Assembly (NCBI GenBank): GCA_963745235.1
Contig: CAVUXE010000009.1
Location: 32,001-96,000 of the forward strand
From: an uncultured Spirochaetota bacterium
GTDB lineage: Bacteria; Spirochaetota; Spirochaetia; SZUA-6; Fen-1364
Reading direction: 5' to 3'
DNA length: 64,000 nt
Shown: positions 51,071-61,515 of the stretch, piece after piece
Position numbering within the stretch: the first letter of the stretch is position 1
How the letters are laid out: the number at the start of each line of letters is the position of its first letter
Notes under the pieces: generated by a model
What the model was told of the DNA's origin: nothing
The model's input: only the letters and a program-made list of their open reading frames with translations
The model's database searches: none
Translations under genes and position numbers: made by a program

Positions 51071-51620
51071 GAGTAGGCGCGGGCCCCCCTGGTTCCCCGG
51101 CTTTCTTCTGGTGCTCGCTGATGTCCTCTGCGTCCCAGGGATAGCAGATCCAGCGGTCCTCCAGCTCCTGGCCGGCAAAGTATCTGCGTATCTCCCGGGG
51201 GATTTTGCCTTTCTTTTCTTTCTTCTTGTTGTGCAGAACGGCGATTGCGATTTCGCACGCCCCGTGGCGCAGCAGCTCGCGCAGGCAGTATTCCAAGGTG
51301 ACCCGCGAATCGTCAACCTCGTCCACCAGGAGTACCTTCCTCCCCGCGAGCTTCTTCTCGACCTCGTCGATCCATTGGATAGTGCGCGGCATCTTTGCGG
51401 GCTTGTTGTCAGGCCCGTAGTACGAGATCCCGACGGTCAGAATTGGCTTCTTCAGGAACGTCTTCAGGATGCGGGCGGGGATGAACCCGCCGGATCCGAT
51501 GGCCACGATGACATCCGGGTCGAAACCATCCGCGCGGATCTGCCCCGCCAGCTCCCGGATGGTCGTGTGTATCTGCTCGTAGGAAAGATAGTACCTGCCA
51601 TCGATGACCGGTGACACCAT
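51060..51620 (-). CDS. Purine phosphoribosyltransferase (HGPRT/XGPRT-like)
   Basis: IVAIGSGGFIPAR, PRPP loop LLVDEVDDSRVTL, WICYPW. Confidence 0.88.
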   Translation of the reverse strand: MVSPVIDGRYYLSYEQIHTTIRELAGQIRADGFDPDVIVAIGSGGFIPARILKTFLKKPILTVGISYYGPDNKPAKMPRTIQWIDEVEKKLAGRKVLLVDEVDDSRVTLEYCLRELLRHGACEIAIAVLHNKKKEKKGKIPREIRRYFAGQELEDRWICYPWDAEDISEHQKKAGEPGGPAPTPTA

Positions 51621-51674
51621 GGAAGGCAAACAATAGTTGGATTCCCTACCCTGCGCAAGGGTCACCGTGATGAC

Positions 51675-52151
51675 CTACCTGTCTTCCAGCTTGAACCGCG
51701 CCCGCACGGCCTGGAAAAGGCCGTCGAGAAGCGGGTTCTGGGGGCCGCCAATGTGGGCGTCGGACAGGATGTCCCTCCGTTCCTCGGAGAGAACCTTGTA
51801 CAGCTGGCGCAGCGCATCGCTCTTTGTCTCGGCCGCATAGCAGATACGCACGATTCTCTTCAGCTCATCGAGATTCAGGACCTTGCGGCTCTGCCCGATT
51901 GTCAGGAAGAAGACCTTGCCGCCGTCCGACTCCTCGATCTCCACCCCCGCCGCCTGCGGCGTCTGTGTCTTGCGAGACCCCCGGATCTCCCCTGCCACCT
52001 TGTTGATCCGCTCCACACGGGCGTTGTGGATCAGGACACCGGCCTGCTGAAGGAGGAAGAGAAGGCCTTCCTCGTCGACTTCCTTGATGGCATCCCGCAG
52101 CTCCTTTTCCAGTTTTGCCCTGCGCTGGTCGACCTTCTTCTTTGTTGCCAT
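51675..52151 (-). CDS. Hypothetical protein
   Basis: MATKKKV... coding-like charged helical ORF; no recognised motif. Confidence 0.65.
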   Translation of the reverse strand: MATKKKVDQRRAKLEKELRDAIKEVDEEGLLFLLQQAGVLIHNARVERINKVAGEIRGSRKTQTPQAAGVEIEESDGGKVFFLTIGQSRKVLNLDELKRIVRICYAAETKSDALRQLYKVLSEERRDILSDAHIGGPQNPLLDGLFQAVRARFKLEDR

Positions 52152-52286
52152 GGCAGGAGTATACACCTCCGGGCAAGTCGGGTTCATGGCGCGTGTGGCG
52201 TTCAAGGCGTGGCCAGGCGTGGCCACGAGCGCTTGACACCCTCGGAAAACCATCACTACCCTTGAAGCAAAGAGAGGGTGCAAGAG

Positions 52287-52640
52287 ATGGCTGATTCCAG
52301 GCGGGGATACGATTCAGATCTTCTTCGCGGGAACACGGACTCGCTGCTTCTCTACCTCATCAACGAGATGGGACAGGCATATGGATATCGCCTCATCAAG
52401 GAGGTGGAGATCCGCAGCGGAGGATACTTCCGATTCAAGGAAGGAACGGTCTACCCGGCGCTTCGCAAGCTGGAGAACGACGGCCTGGTGCAGGGAGAAT
52501 GGAAGAAACTGCCCAACGGTCAGGAGAGGCGCTACTATTCCATGACGGACCAGGGCCGGGAGCTCCTGCAGCAGAAGCTCGCCATGTGGCGCAGCTTTGC
52601 GAGCGCCATGGCGCTCGTCATGAAGCCCTCGGAGGGGTAA
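52287..52640 (+). CDS. PadR-family transcriptional regulator
   Basis: LLRGNTD, YGYRL, EGTVYPALRKLE, RRYYSMT..G. Confidence 0.92.
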   Translation: MADSRRGYDSDLLRGNTDSLLLYLINEMGQAYGYRLIKEVEIRSGGYFRFKEGTVYPALRKLENDGLVQGEWKKLPNGQERRYYSMTDQGRELLQQKLAMWRSFASAMALVMKPSEG

Positions 52641-52654
52641 GAAAGAGGACGGCC

Positions 52655-53632
52655 ATGCAGGCGGAGGTGGCCACGTACCTGGATGAGGTCAGGACGCACC
52701 TGCACCTCGATCCGCATACGGAATCCAGAGTCATAAGCGAGCTGTATTCTCACCTGCAGGAAAAGGTGAGCGACCTGCAGGAAAGAGGCGCGTCAGAGCT
52801 TGAGGCCACGCGGGAGGCGTTGGCGTCTTTTGGCGGCGCGCGCGCAATTGCCCGGCTGACCTACGAAGCGTACAGCCGGGGCAGCTGGATGGAAGCGCTC
52901 ATCAGCTGCCAGCCCCATATGATTGTCGCGGCGCTGTTCGCGACCCACATCTGGAGACAGCCGGTCATGCTGGGGGCGGCATTTGCCGCCATTCTCCTGA
53001 CCGCGGCGCTCGGCAGCCGCCGGGGCACCCCGACATGGCTGTACTCCTGGATGGGGTACGCGGTGTTCCCGTTCCTGATCCTGGCGAGCATGTCCTGGGA
53101 CCCGGTGGTCCGCACGGTGACCTACATGGTCAGGGGAACCGGGGAGCCCGCGCCGGTGTGGGAGCTGGCGCTGCTGGGGGCCCTGTGCGTGTTCACGATC
53201 TGGCTCGTGGCTTCCACTACCGTGAAGTCGACCAGGCGGGACTGGATCCTGGCATCGCTCATGCTTCTCCCCCTCCCCGTGCTGGCAATCTGGCTCATCA
53301 CGATCAACAAGTCCGAGGGATTTGTCCTCGACGCCCTGCGCGGCTTCGAGGTCCGGTTCAGCCGCTGGGACGCGGCCATGGCATATTTCTCCGCGACCCT
53401 CGGAGTCGCCTCCGTTCTCTTCATCCGCGTCCGTCAGCGCGTGCTCAAGGCCGGGTCCATTTTCGGCGTCGGGATCGTTGGCGGGGCCGCGCTGCTCAGA
53501 AGCTTCTGGGGCGTAGCGGGAGTCCTGGATCTTCTCCTCCTGTCCCTGGCTCTTCTCGCGTTCCTGACGAGCCCTCTCCTGCTTCGCAGGGTCATCGGAA
53601 GGGAGGCTGAGCCTGCCGTCAGGCCTTCCTGA
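52655..53632 (+). CDS. Membrane protein with N-terminal HAAS/permease-prefix domain
   Basis: YL..V...L....ELYSHL...A...ALASFG....IA then multiple TM helices; follows padR. Confidence 0.8.
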   Translation: MQAEVATYLDEVRTHLHLDPHTESRVISELYSHLQEKVSDLQERGASELEATREALASFGGARAIARLTYEAYSRGSWMEALISCQPHMIVAALFATHIWRQPVMLGAAFAAILLTAALGSRRGTPTWLYSWMGYAVFPFLILASMSWDPVVRTVTYMVRGTGEPAPVWELALLGALCVFTIWLVASTTVKSTRRDWILASLMLLPLPVLAIWLITINKSEGFVLDALRGFEVRFSRWDAAMAYFSATLGVASVLFIRVRQRVLKAGSIFGVGIVGGAALLRSFWGVAGVLDLLLLSLALLAFLTSPLLLRRVIGREAEPAVRPS

Positions 53633-53723
53633 CCTTTCCTGACCCGCGTTTCTTGACTCTGCGCGGCCGGTGTGGATACTATTCGCATAGGCTGTCTATG
53701 TAAGGTCAGCCGGCAGAGGCACC

Positions 53724-54431
53724 ATGGTCGCTCGCTATTTCTACAAAGCGGTGCGTTACCTCTTTTTCAGAGCTCACATTCGCGGAAGGCGAAACCTTCA
53801 ATCGAAAGAGCCGGTGATCATGGTGGCCAACCACGTTGGCTCTTTCGGTCCCGTGTCCCTCATCACCTCAATGCCCGTCCGGATGTATCCCTGGGTGGCC
53901 CACGAAGTCACTGACGTGAAGACTGTCGCATCGAGGATCCAGCAGGAGTTCCTGGAGCAGGAGCTTCACCTGAAACCACCGCTCAGCACCTGGCTCGGTC
54001 GGGTGGTCGGAAGGATCTGCGTCGCGCTCATGAAGGATATCGGAGCCATCCCGGTCTACCAGAAAAGCAAGCAGATCAAGGCAACTGTCCTGCAATCTCT
54101 TTCCCTGCTGGAGCAGGGGAAGAACATTCTCGTGTTCGCCGAGGACTCCACGAAGAAAATCAACGACACGATGTGCGAGTTCTGCACCGGCTTCATTCAC
54201 GTTGCCCGGCAGTATTACCAGAGGACGAGGAAGGCGGTTCAGTTTCTTCCCGTGGCGGTCAACCGCAAAATCGGCGCAATCCTGATTGGCACGCCGATAC
54301 GTTTTGACGGGGGGAAGCCGTTTTCAGCAGAGAAAGTGCGGCTGAAAGCCGAGCTTGAAAGCACCGTGTTCGCGCTGTACCAGCAACTGGAGGATGGCGC
54401 CGTCGAGCATCTGGTCCCCGTCAGAACCTGA
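53724..54431 (+). CDS. PlsC-like acyltransferase
   Basis: VANH, GAIPVY, LVFAED, F..GF, PVAV. Confidence 0.75.
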   Translation: MVARYFYKAVRYLFFRAHIRGRRNLQSKEPVIMVANHVGSFGPVSLITSMPVRMYPWVAHEVTDVKTVASRIQQEFLEQELHLKPPLSTWLGRVVGRICVALMKDIGAIPVYQKSKQIKATVLQSLSLLEQGKNILVFAEDSTKKINDTMCEFCTGFIHVARQYYQRTRKAVQFLPVAVNRKIGAILIGTPIRFDGGKPFSAEKVRLKAELESTVFALYQQLEDGAVEHLVPVRT

Positions 54432-56241
54432 GGTCAACTTCCTCCGTATCGTGCCTGCCTGTTATCTTCATGAAAAGTGTCCTGCTCGCCTCATCGTATG
54501 TCCAGCCGTCCGAGTACTTCGCATAGGAAGGGTCCGAATGCCAGGGGACTCCGTGCAGCCGAATCTGCTGAAATGGGCGGACCCCCTGAAATACCAGGTG
54601 CTCTGGTACTCCCACCGGATACGAGAGGGTGAGCCGCACCTCTCCATCAACCATGTCTGCTGACCTGACGTCAGCCGCGGTCCAGACCCAGCAGCCTGAG
54701 CCCATGAGCCGATACAAGGGCACCTCGTGCGGGATGTGCCGTCCCTGCGGCAGCATCATGTAGACTGACTCAGGAGCAATGGCGCCTTCTTTCGCTGCAG
54801 GCCGCCCGGATGCCAGGGACAGGGTGGCCGGCAGGAAACCGTCACTCGATGCAAGGGAGAGAGAGGAGACGATCAAGCCGCGCCCGAGCGCTCCGACCAT
54901 GGAGGATTGCAGAAGCGATCCCGCCCGGACGAGCAGCGACCCGCAGCGGATGGATTGCTTGAGATCGACCCTGCCGTCCTGCGAAAGGAAGAACACCGCC
55001 CCGCTCCCATCTGCCCCTATGGATGGAAGCAGCCGGTTCTCTATGAGGTTTCTTGCTGCCTGCGGGATGGAGGCGTCATCCCCTATGAACTGGAGGGAGT
55101 CCAACATGGCCTCCAGCACGGTCAGCAGCGAAGCCGGCGGAAGCCTGGCCGGGTCCAGGGCCTGAAGGGAGGAAAGGATGGTCTTTGCCAGCGCCGGACC
55201 TCCCCGGTCCAGCCCGTACAGCAAGACTCCCGCCTGCGCCGCAAGCGACGCGTCCCCCTGCGCGGCGAGGCTCTTCAGTCGATCTGCCCCCCCGGTATCC
55301 CTGTCCCGGAGCCGCTTTGCAAAGTCCCTGACACGGCCGGAATACACGCACGTGAAGTTCGTCAGCTGAAGCCCCGAGCTCCGGCCGATCTGATCATCAA
55401 GCGCATTTGACCAGGTCTGGACCGCGGTGGAAAATGACCCGCGCTCCAAGGATTCCGCCAGCAAGCCCGCGCCTATCTCCTCCGCGAAACCCGGCCCGCC
55501 GTCGGCCATTTTCCAGCTTCCGTCGTCAGCTGAAAAACGGGATACGCTCCAGCCGGAGTACGCAAGGTCCGAGAACCTGGCCATGGAGGCGGCAAGCTGG
55601 TCCTGCGTGGGAAGCGATTTCTCGTCAGGAAGACGGGGCGTCGGGGCCGGAGCCGCCGACACAGCCGCAGGAGACGCCGCCGGGGAAAGGGAGACCAGGC
55701 GCATCTGGGAAGGCGAGGCCGCCCCCAGCCGAAGGCTGATTGTTCTCGAGTCGTAGTCGATGGCGGCACCCGATGGGAGGACCAGCTGGAACGCGCCCGT
55801 CCCCTGTCTCCATGACAGCATGTTCGTCCCCGAGTCTCCCTGGAGCACGCCCGTCACTTTGAAAGGAATGTCGAGAACACCGGCGGGCGCAGAGTTGCCA
55901 GGCACCTGGGAGATCATCATGTCTGTCCCGGCGGAGGACAGCCGCAGCCGCTCGCTGTCGGCAAGAACAATGTCCGCCGTCCCGTGTCCCGTTTCGAGCC
56001 TCACGAGACCTGGACTGGAGGCTCGTGAAAATCGAAGGCTCATCCCGTTCCAGGAGACAGTCAGCTCCTCCAGGGCGTCCCTGTTGAAAAGGGGGAGAGG
56101 GGAAAAGCGCCCTGAGACGCGCGTCTCACCAACGACCGTCCGCGAAAAGCTGCCCGCGAATACGGCGAGGCACAGAAGGAGAAGGACAGCGCCGGCGTAG
56201 ACCACCGACGCGAGAAGATACCGGCGCGGCAAGCCTTGCAT
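54421..56241 (-). CDS. Membrane-anchored hypothetical protein (606 aa)
   Basis: N-terminal TM helix, long coding-like ORF, C-terminal GWTYD...TLFMKI. Confidence 0.7.
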   Translation of the reverse strand: MQGLPRRYLLASVVYAGAVLLLLCLAVFAGSFSRTVVGETRVSGRFSPLPLFNRDALEELTVSWNGMSLRFSRASSPGLVRLETGHGTADIVLADSERLRLSSAGTDMMISQVPGNSAPAGVLDIPFKVTGVLQGDSGTNMLSWRQGTGAFQLVLPSGAAIDYDSRTISLRLGAASPSQMRLVSLSPAASPAAVSAAPAPTPRLPDEKSLPTQDQLAASMARFSDLAYSGWSVSRFSADDGSWKMADGGPGFAEEIGAGLLAESLERGSFSTAVQTWSNALDDQIGRSSGLQLTNFTCVYSGRVRDFAKRLRDRDTGGADRLKSLAAQGDASLAAQAGVLLYGLDRGGPALAKTILSSLQALDPARLPPASLLTVLEAMLDSLQFIGDDASIPQAARNLIENRLLPSIGADGSGAVFFLSQDGRVDLKQSIRCGSLLVRAGSLLQSSMVGALGRGLIVSSLSLASSDGFLPATLSLASGRPAAKEGAIAPESVYMMLPQGRHIPHEVPLYRLMGSGCWVWTAADVRSADMVDGEVRLTLSYPVGVPEHLVFQGVRPFQQIRLHGVPWHSDPSYAKYSDGWTYDEASRTLFMKITGRHDTEEVDLRF

Positions 56242-56357
56242 CGGCTGCGGATTCTATCAGGGCAGCTTGAAACATGCAACGCGAAGGGCCTTTCGGCCTT
56301 TCGGACCTCGCCGGGCTTGAACCTCAGGGACAAAATCAATAGCATGGCCCCGGAGGT

Positions 56358-57051
56358 GTGATGGCCCTCAACAGAGTCCAGACGATCGATGACCGGGTAC
56401 GGGTGAAAACCGCCCTGGTCAGCGTCTGGGACAAGACGGGCCTGAACCTCCTGGTATCCGGACTCCTCGCCGCTTCCCCTGAAATCAGGATCCTCTCGAC
56501 GGGCGGAACGTATGGCGCCGTGCAGAAGATCCTGGGGCCCGCGGCGGCCGGCAGGCTGCAGCAGATCTCCGAGTACACCGGGCAGCCCGAGATGCAGGGC
56601 GGGCTGGTGAAGACGCTGGATTTCAAGGTATATCTGGGCATTCTCTCGGAAACCTACAACCCGGCGCATCATGACGATATGGCCCGCGCGGGAGCGGCTC
56701 CCATCGACCTCGTGGTGGTGAACCTCTACCCCTTCGGGAGCGTCGTCTCACAGCCGGGCACAAGCCCGGAAGACGGCCCGGGCGAATATCGACATCGGCG
56801 GCCCCTGCATGGTCCGCGCGGCGGCGAAGAACTTTCACCGCGTGGCCACCCTCACTGATCCCGCGGATTACCAGCCCCTGATCTCGGAGCTTTCCGAATG
56901 CGGGGGGGCACTCTCGCTTGCCACGCGGTGGCGCCTTGCGCAGAAGGCCTTCGCCGTCACTGCCGCGTACGACGCCGCGATCAGCGCGTACCTCGCGGGG
57001 CTCGACGTCGAGCGCGTGCGCCGCGACTATGAAGTAAGACAGGGAAGCTGA
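56358..57051 (+). CDS. Stand-alone PurH N-terminal IMP cyclohydrolase (MGS-like) domain; indel near 56775
   Basis: [57 protein letters not shown]. Confidence 0.85.
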
Positions 57052-57057
57052 AGCGAC

Positions 57058-58319
57058 ATGGCGGCCCCTGATCTGAAGAGCGCCTACAGGCGCATCATGG
57101 AGGACCATTTCCCCGATCGGATGGAGATCAGCTTCGTCGGGCGACGCGGGCCGGCAGACCCTCTTCTACGAAAAGGCCACCTGGGTGATCGACGGTGAAG
57201 AAAAGGGGCTTCGCTACGGGGAAAATCCCGGGCAGGAGGCGGCCCTGTACCGCCTGGTGAACGGGAACCTTTCCCTCGGGGACGCTGTCACGATCCGCCC
57301 CGGGCGTCACCTCGCCTCGGACGTCGAGCTCCTGCAGTCGGGGAAGCACCCGGGCAAGATCAACATCACCGACGTGGACAACGCGCTCAACATCCTGCGC
57401 TACCTGTCCGCCACCCCGTGCGCCGTCATCGTGAAGCACAACAACCCCTGCGGCGTGGCCACGGGCGGCAACGCTTGCCGAGGCGTATCACAAGGCCCAC
57501 ATGGCGGACAGGATCGCCGCCTTCGGCGGGGCCATCGCGCTGAACCGGGAGGTGGACAAGGAAACCGCGGAGCTCATTGCGGCGGCGTACGCGGAGGTGG
57601 TGGTCGCCCCCGATTTCGCCCCGGGCGTCATGGAGATCTTCTCGCCGCTGGAAGAACCTCCGCGTCATGCGCATTGCAAACATGGCACGGCTGGAGAGCT
57701 TCGTCGGCGCGCAGTACGTCGACTTCAAGAGCCTGATCGACGGAGGGATCATCGCGCAGACCGCCTTTGTTCCCCGCACACGCGGACGTGACGGACTTCC
57801 TTCCCGCCCAGGCCGCGTCCAAGGGCAAGGAATATCGCGTGCGCGAGATCTCCGACTCCGGCGGAGAGCTGGACGACCTGCTCTTCGGCTGGCTCGTGGA
57901 GACCGGGATCACGAGCAACTCGGTGATCTACGTCAAGGACGGGGCGACGGTCGGCATCGGCACGGGGGAGCAGGACAGGGTGGGCGTCGCGGAGATCGCG
58001 CGCGACAAGGCGTATCGCAAGCTTGCAGACCGGCTGGCCTGGGAGAGCTTCAGCACCCCGTACGCTTCCCTCGACAGGCCGGAGGCGCGCGCAGAGATCG
58101 ACCGGGAAGTGGCCCGGCAGAAGGGCGGGATCAGCCGGATCCTGCATGGTCTCAGACGGGTTCTTCCCCTTCCGCGACGGCGTGGACGTCGGCATCCGGG
58201 AAGGGGTGACCGCCATCGTCCAGCCGGGAGGCTCGGAGAGGGACTTCGAGTCGATCGAGGCCTGCAACGAGGCGGATGTCGCCATGGTCTTCACGGGCCA
58301 GAGAAGCTTCAAGCACTGA
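57058..58319 (+). CDS. Stand-alone PurH C-terminal AICAR transformylase-like domain; several indels
   Basis: [55 protein letters not shown]. Confidence 0.85.
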
Positions 58320-58332
58320 GGAAGGACGGACG

Positions 58333-59581
58333 ATGTACGAGAGGAACGCGGCCCACATCGAGGCCCTGGTGAAGGACCAGAACGAATGGCGTGAAAGCTG
58401 CATCAACCTGATCGCCAGTGAGAACGTGACCAGTCGCAGGGTCCGAGGGATCATGGGATCGGATTTCGCGCACCGGTACGCGGAAGGCCATCCCGGAGAG
58501 CGCTATTACCAGGGGACCGAGATCATCGACGAGATCGAGAGCCTCCTCAAGCAGCACATGAAGAGCCTCTTCCACTGCAAGCATACCGACGTGCGCCCCA
58601 TCAGCGGGACCATCGCCAACGACGCGGTCTTCAGCCGCTACATACGCTGGGGCGACATTGCGCTGGTCAACTCCACGCCCGGCGGCGGGCACATCAGCCA
58701 TCACCGCGCCGGCTCCGTGGGCAAGTACACGAAGAACATCGTGAACTTCCCGCTCACCGCGGACGGCTGTCACATCGACGTGGACCATACCCTGGACATC
58801 ATGAAGGCCCTGGAGCCGCGGTTGCTGATCATGGGAAAGAGCCTCTTCCTTTTCCCCGAGCCCGTGAAAGAGATCGCCCCGTATTGCCGCAAAAAGGGGA
58901 TTCACCTCATCTACGACGCGGCGCACGTTCTGGGGCTGATTGCCGGCCATCAGTTCCAGGACCCCCTGGCGGAAGGGGCGACCATCGTCACCGCAAGCAC
59001 GCACAAGACGTTCTTCGGCTCCCAGCGCGGCGTGATCCTTTCCAACGTGGACGACGAGGAATGGCGCAAGATCGACAAAGGGGCTTTCCCCGGTTCTTCC
59101 TCCAACCACCACCTGGAGACCCTCGTTGCGCTTGCCCTCTCCACCTACGAGATGCTGGAGTTCGGCGCGGACTACGCGCGCCAGGTCGTTGCCAACGCAA
59201 AGCACTTGGCTCGCAAGCTCTTCGACCTGGGCTTCAAGGTCCAGGCGGAGCAGTTCGGGTTCACGGAGAGCCACCAGGTGGCGATCGACATGAATGACTT
59301 CGGGGGCGGGGAGACCGCGGCGCGGGATCTCAAGGACAACCGGATCATCGTCAACATGAACCTTCTCCCCTTCGAGCCCCTGGCCCACGCCACGAGCCCC
59401 GCCGGGATCAGGCTCGGCGTGCAGGAGATGACGCGCGTCGGAATGAAGGAGGCTGAGATGGAGCAGGATCGCGGAGCTGTTCAAGCGTTGCCTCATGGAG
59501 AAGAAGTTCGTCGGTGACGAGGTGAAGGAGATGCGCTCCCACTACCGGGAGGTCGGCTTCTCCTTCGACGCCCAGGATTGA
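58333..59581 (+). CDS. glyA: Serine hydroxymethyltransferase, archaeal-like; indel near 59465
   Basis: LIASEN, YAEG, GGHISH, YDAAH, STHKT, FPG..SNHHL, GIRLG. Confidence 0.93.
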
Positions 59582-59715
59582 CCAGGTACCGCCTGCCGCG
59601 CACTGCATGCCGCGCGCCGCATGATACGCGCCGCCGGAAAGCTTGACCTCTGCCCGCGCTCACCGTATAGTTCGCGGATCTCCTCTCTCACTCCACGCAG
59701 GAAAGGGTACCGGAC

Positions 59716-60519
59716 ATGCTCATCATTGGAGAACTGATCAACTCGACGCGCAAGCAGATCCGCAAGGCGATCGAGGAGAAGGACAGCGCCTACATCCAGA
59801 ACCTGGCCAAGAAGCAGGCGGAGGCGGGGGCCAACTGGGTGGATGTGAACGCCGGGGCGTTTCCAAACGACGAGGTGGAGAAGGTGCAGTGGCTGATCTC
59901 GGTGATCCGCGAAGTCACGGAAGTACCGCTGTCCATCGATTCCCCGCGGCCAGCGGCGGTTGAAGCGGGGCTTGCCATGGCAGGAAAGGATCCTTTCCTC
60001 AATTCCATCTCGGCCGAGTCCGACCGGTACAAGACCTTGATCCCTTTCCTCAAGAAGTACAACGCTCGGGTGGTGGCGCTGAGCCTTGATGACAGCGGGA
60101 TGACGGAGGACATGGGCCGGGTGTGGGAGGTCGCTGACGGTCTGATCAAGAGGCTGGAGGACGACGGTGTGCCCCCCGAGCACATATTCGTGGACCCGTT
60201 GATACGGCCGGTAAGCACCAATCCCGAATACGGAATGGGCGCCCTGGGTGTCGTTGCAAAGATCACCGAGCGGCATCCGCAGGTGCACAAGACCTGCGGA
60301 CTGTCCAACGTTTCCTACGGCCTGCCTCGCCGGAAGCTGCTCAACCAGGTGTTTGTGGCCATGGCCATCGCAAAAGGCATGGACAGCGCGATTGTCGACC
60401 CCCTGGATCCCCGCATGATGGCGACCATTGTCGCCGCGGAGGCCCTCGCCGGCAAGGACCAGTTCTGCATGGGCTATATCACGGCAGAGCGTGAAGGCAA
60501 GCTCGAGGGGATCGGGTAA
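59716..60519 (+). CDS. Methyltetrahydrofolate:corrinoid methyltransferase (AcsE-like pterin-binding barrel)
   Basis: IIGELINSTRK, DVNAG, PLSIDS, NSIS, DPL, CGLSNVSYGLP.R, DSAI.DP. Confidence 0.88.
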   Translation: MLIIGELINSTRKQIRKAIEEKDSAYIQNLAKKQAEAGANWVDVNAGAFPNDEVEKVQWLISVIREVTEVPLSIDSPRPAAVEAGLAMAGKDPFLNSISAESDRYKTLIPFLKKYNARVVALSLDDSGMTEDMGRVWEVADGLIKRLEDDGVPPEHIFVDPLIRPVSTNPEYGMGALGVVAKITERHPQVHKTCGLSNVSYGLPRRKLLNQVFVAMAIAKGMDSAIVDPLDPRMMATIVAAEALAGKDQFCMGYITAEREGKLEGIG

Positions 60520-60532
60520 AGGAGAACAAGCC

Positions 60533-61444
60533 ATGGCGGCGCGGATCATCGACGGCACTGAAATTGCGGCCAGGATTCGCCGGGAGATAGCGGACGGAAT
60601 ACGCCTGCTTTCGCAGGAGGCCGCAATCACCCCGGGGCTCGCGGTGGTTCTTGTCGGCGACAACGCCGCCTCCCGAAGCTACGTTCGAAACAAGAACAAG
60701 GCTGCGCATGAGATCGGGATCTACTCCGAACAGCACTCCCTGGCCCAGAGCGCCACGGAGGCGGAGCTCCTTGAGCTTGTGGAGAGGCTGAACAAGGACC
60801 CGAAGATCCATGGAATCCTCGTTCAACTCCCCCTGCCCTCGCAGATCAGCGAGCAGAAGGTGATCAACGCCATCACCCCGGAGAAGGACGTGGATGGCTT
60901 CCATCCCGTCAGCCTCGGCAGGATCATGACGGGGGAACCGGGCTTTCGCCCGTGCACACCTTTCGGTATCCAGAAGCTCCTGACCTACTCCGGCGTGAGT
61001 ATCGGGGGCAGCCACGTGGTGGTGGTCGGCAGGAGCAACATCGTGGGGAAGCCGATTGCGAACATGCTCATGCAAAAGGGAGAGGACGCGGACGCCACGG
61101 TCACCGTCTGCCATTCACGAACGCGGGACCTGCCTTCCATCACGCGGCAGGCGGACATCCTGATTGCCGCAATCGGGCGGCCTGAGTTCATCACGGCGGA
61201 CATGGTGCGTGACGGGGCGGTCGTCATCGACGTCGGCATCAACAGGATAGATGATCCGTCTCATCCGAAGGGGCAGCGCATGGTCGGTGATGTGAAGTTC
61301 GACGAGGTATCCCGCAAGGCGGGGGCCATCACCCCGGTCCCGGGCGGCGTGGGTCCCATGACTATAACGATGCTCCTGTACAACACCCTGCAATCTGCCC
61401 GGGCCGAGGCAGAGAGACGCCGGGCAAAGGGGGCCTGCCAGTGA
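60533..61444 (+). CDS. folD: Methylene-THF dehydrogenase/cyclohydrolase
   Basis: YVRNK, QLPLP, KDVDG, PCTP, GRSNIVGKP, TPVPGGVGPMT. Confidence 0.97.
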   Translation: MAARIIDGTEIAARIRREIADGIRLLSQEAAITPGLAVVLVGDNAASRSYVRNKNKAAHEIGIYSEQHSLAQSATEAELLELVERLNKDPKIHGILVQLPLPSQISEQKVINAITPEKDVDGFHPVSLGRIMTGEPGFRPCTPFGIQKLLTYSGVSIGGSHVVVVGRSNIVGKPIANMLMQKGEDADATVTVCHSRTRDLPSITRQADILIAAIGRPEFITADMVRDGAVVIDVGINRIDDPSHPKGQRMVGDVKFDEVSRKAGAITPVPGGVGPMTITMLLYNTLQSARAEAERRRAKGACQ

Positions 61445-61515
61445 CCCCCGTGTGACGATTCCGCGCTTGTCCGGTCACTCGAATGGTACTATACTGTAGT
61501 CCACCAGAGGTTCCG

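Noticed and set aside
56245-56357. Possible ZTP riboswitch upstream of purH
   Set aside because: Only a simple hairpin (CGAAGGGCC-tttc-GGCCTTTCG); the GACUGGCG and CGCCUGGGC signatures were not found
56770-59470. Multiple frameshifts in both purH halves and glyA
   Set aside because: Same clustered single-base indel pattern; treated as sequencing artefacts rather than recoding or gene decay
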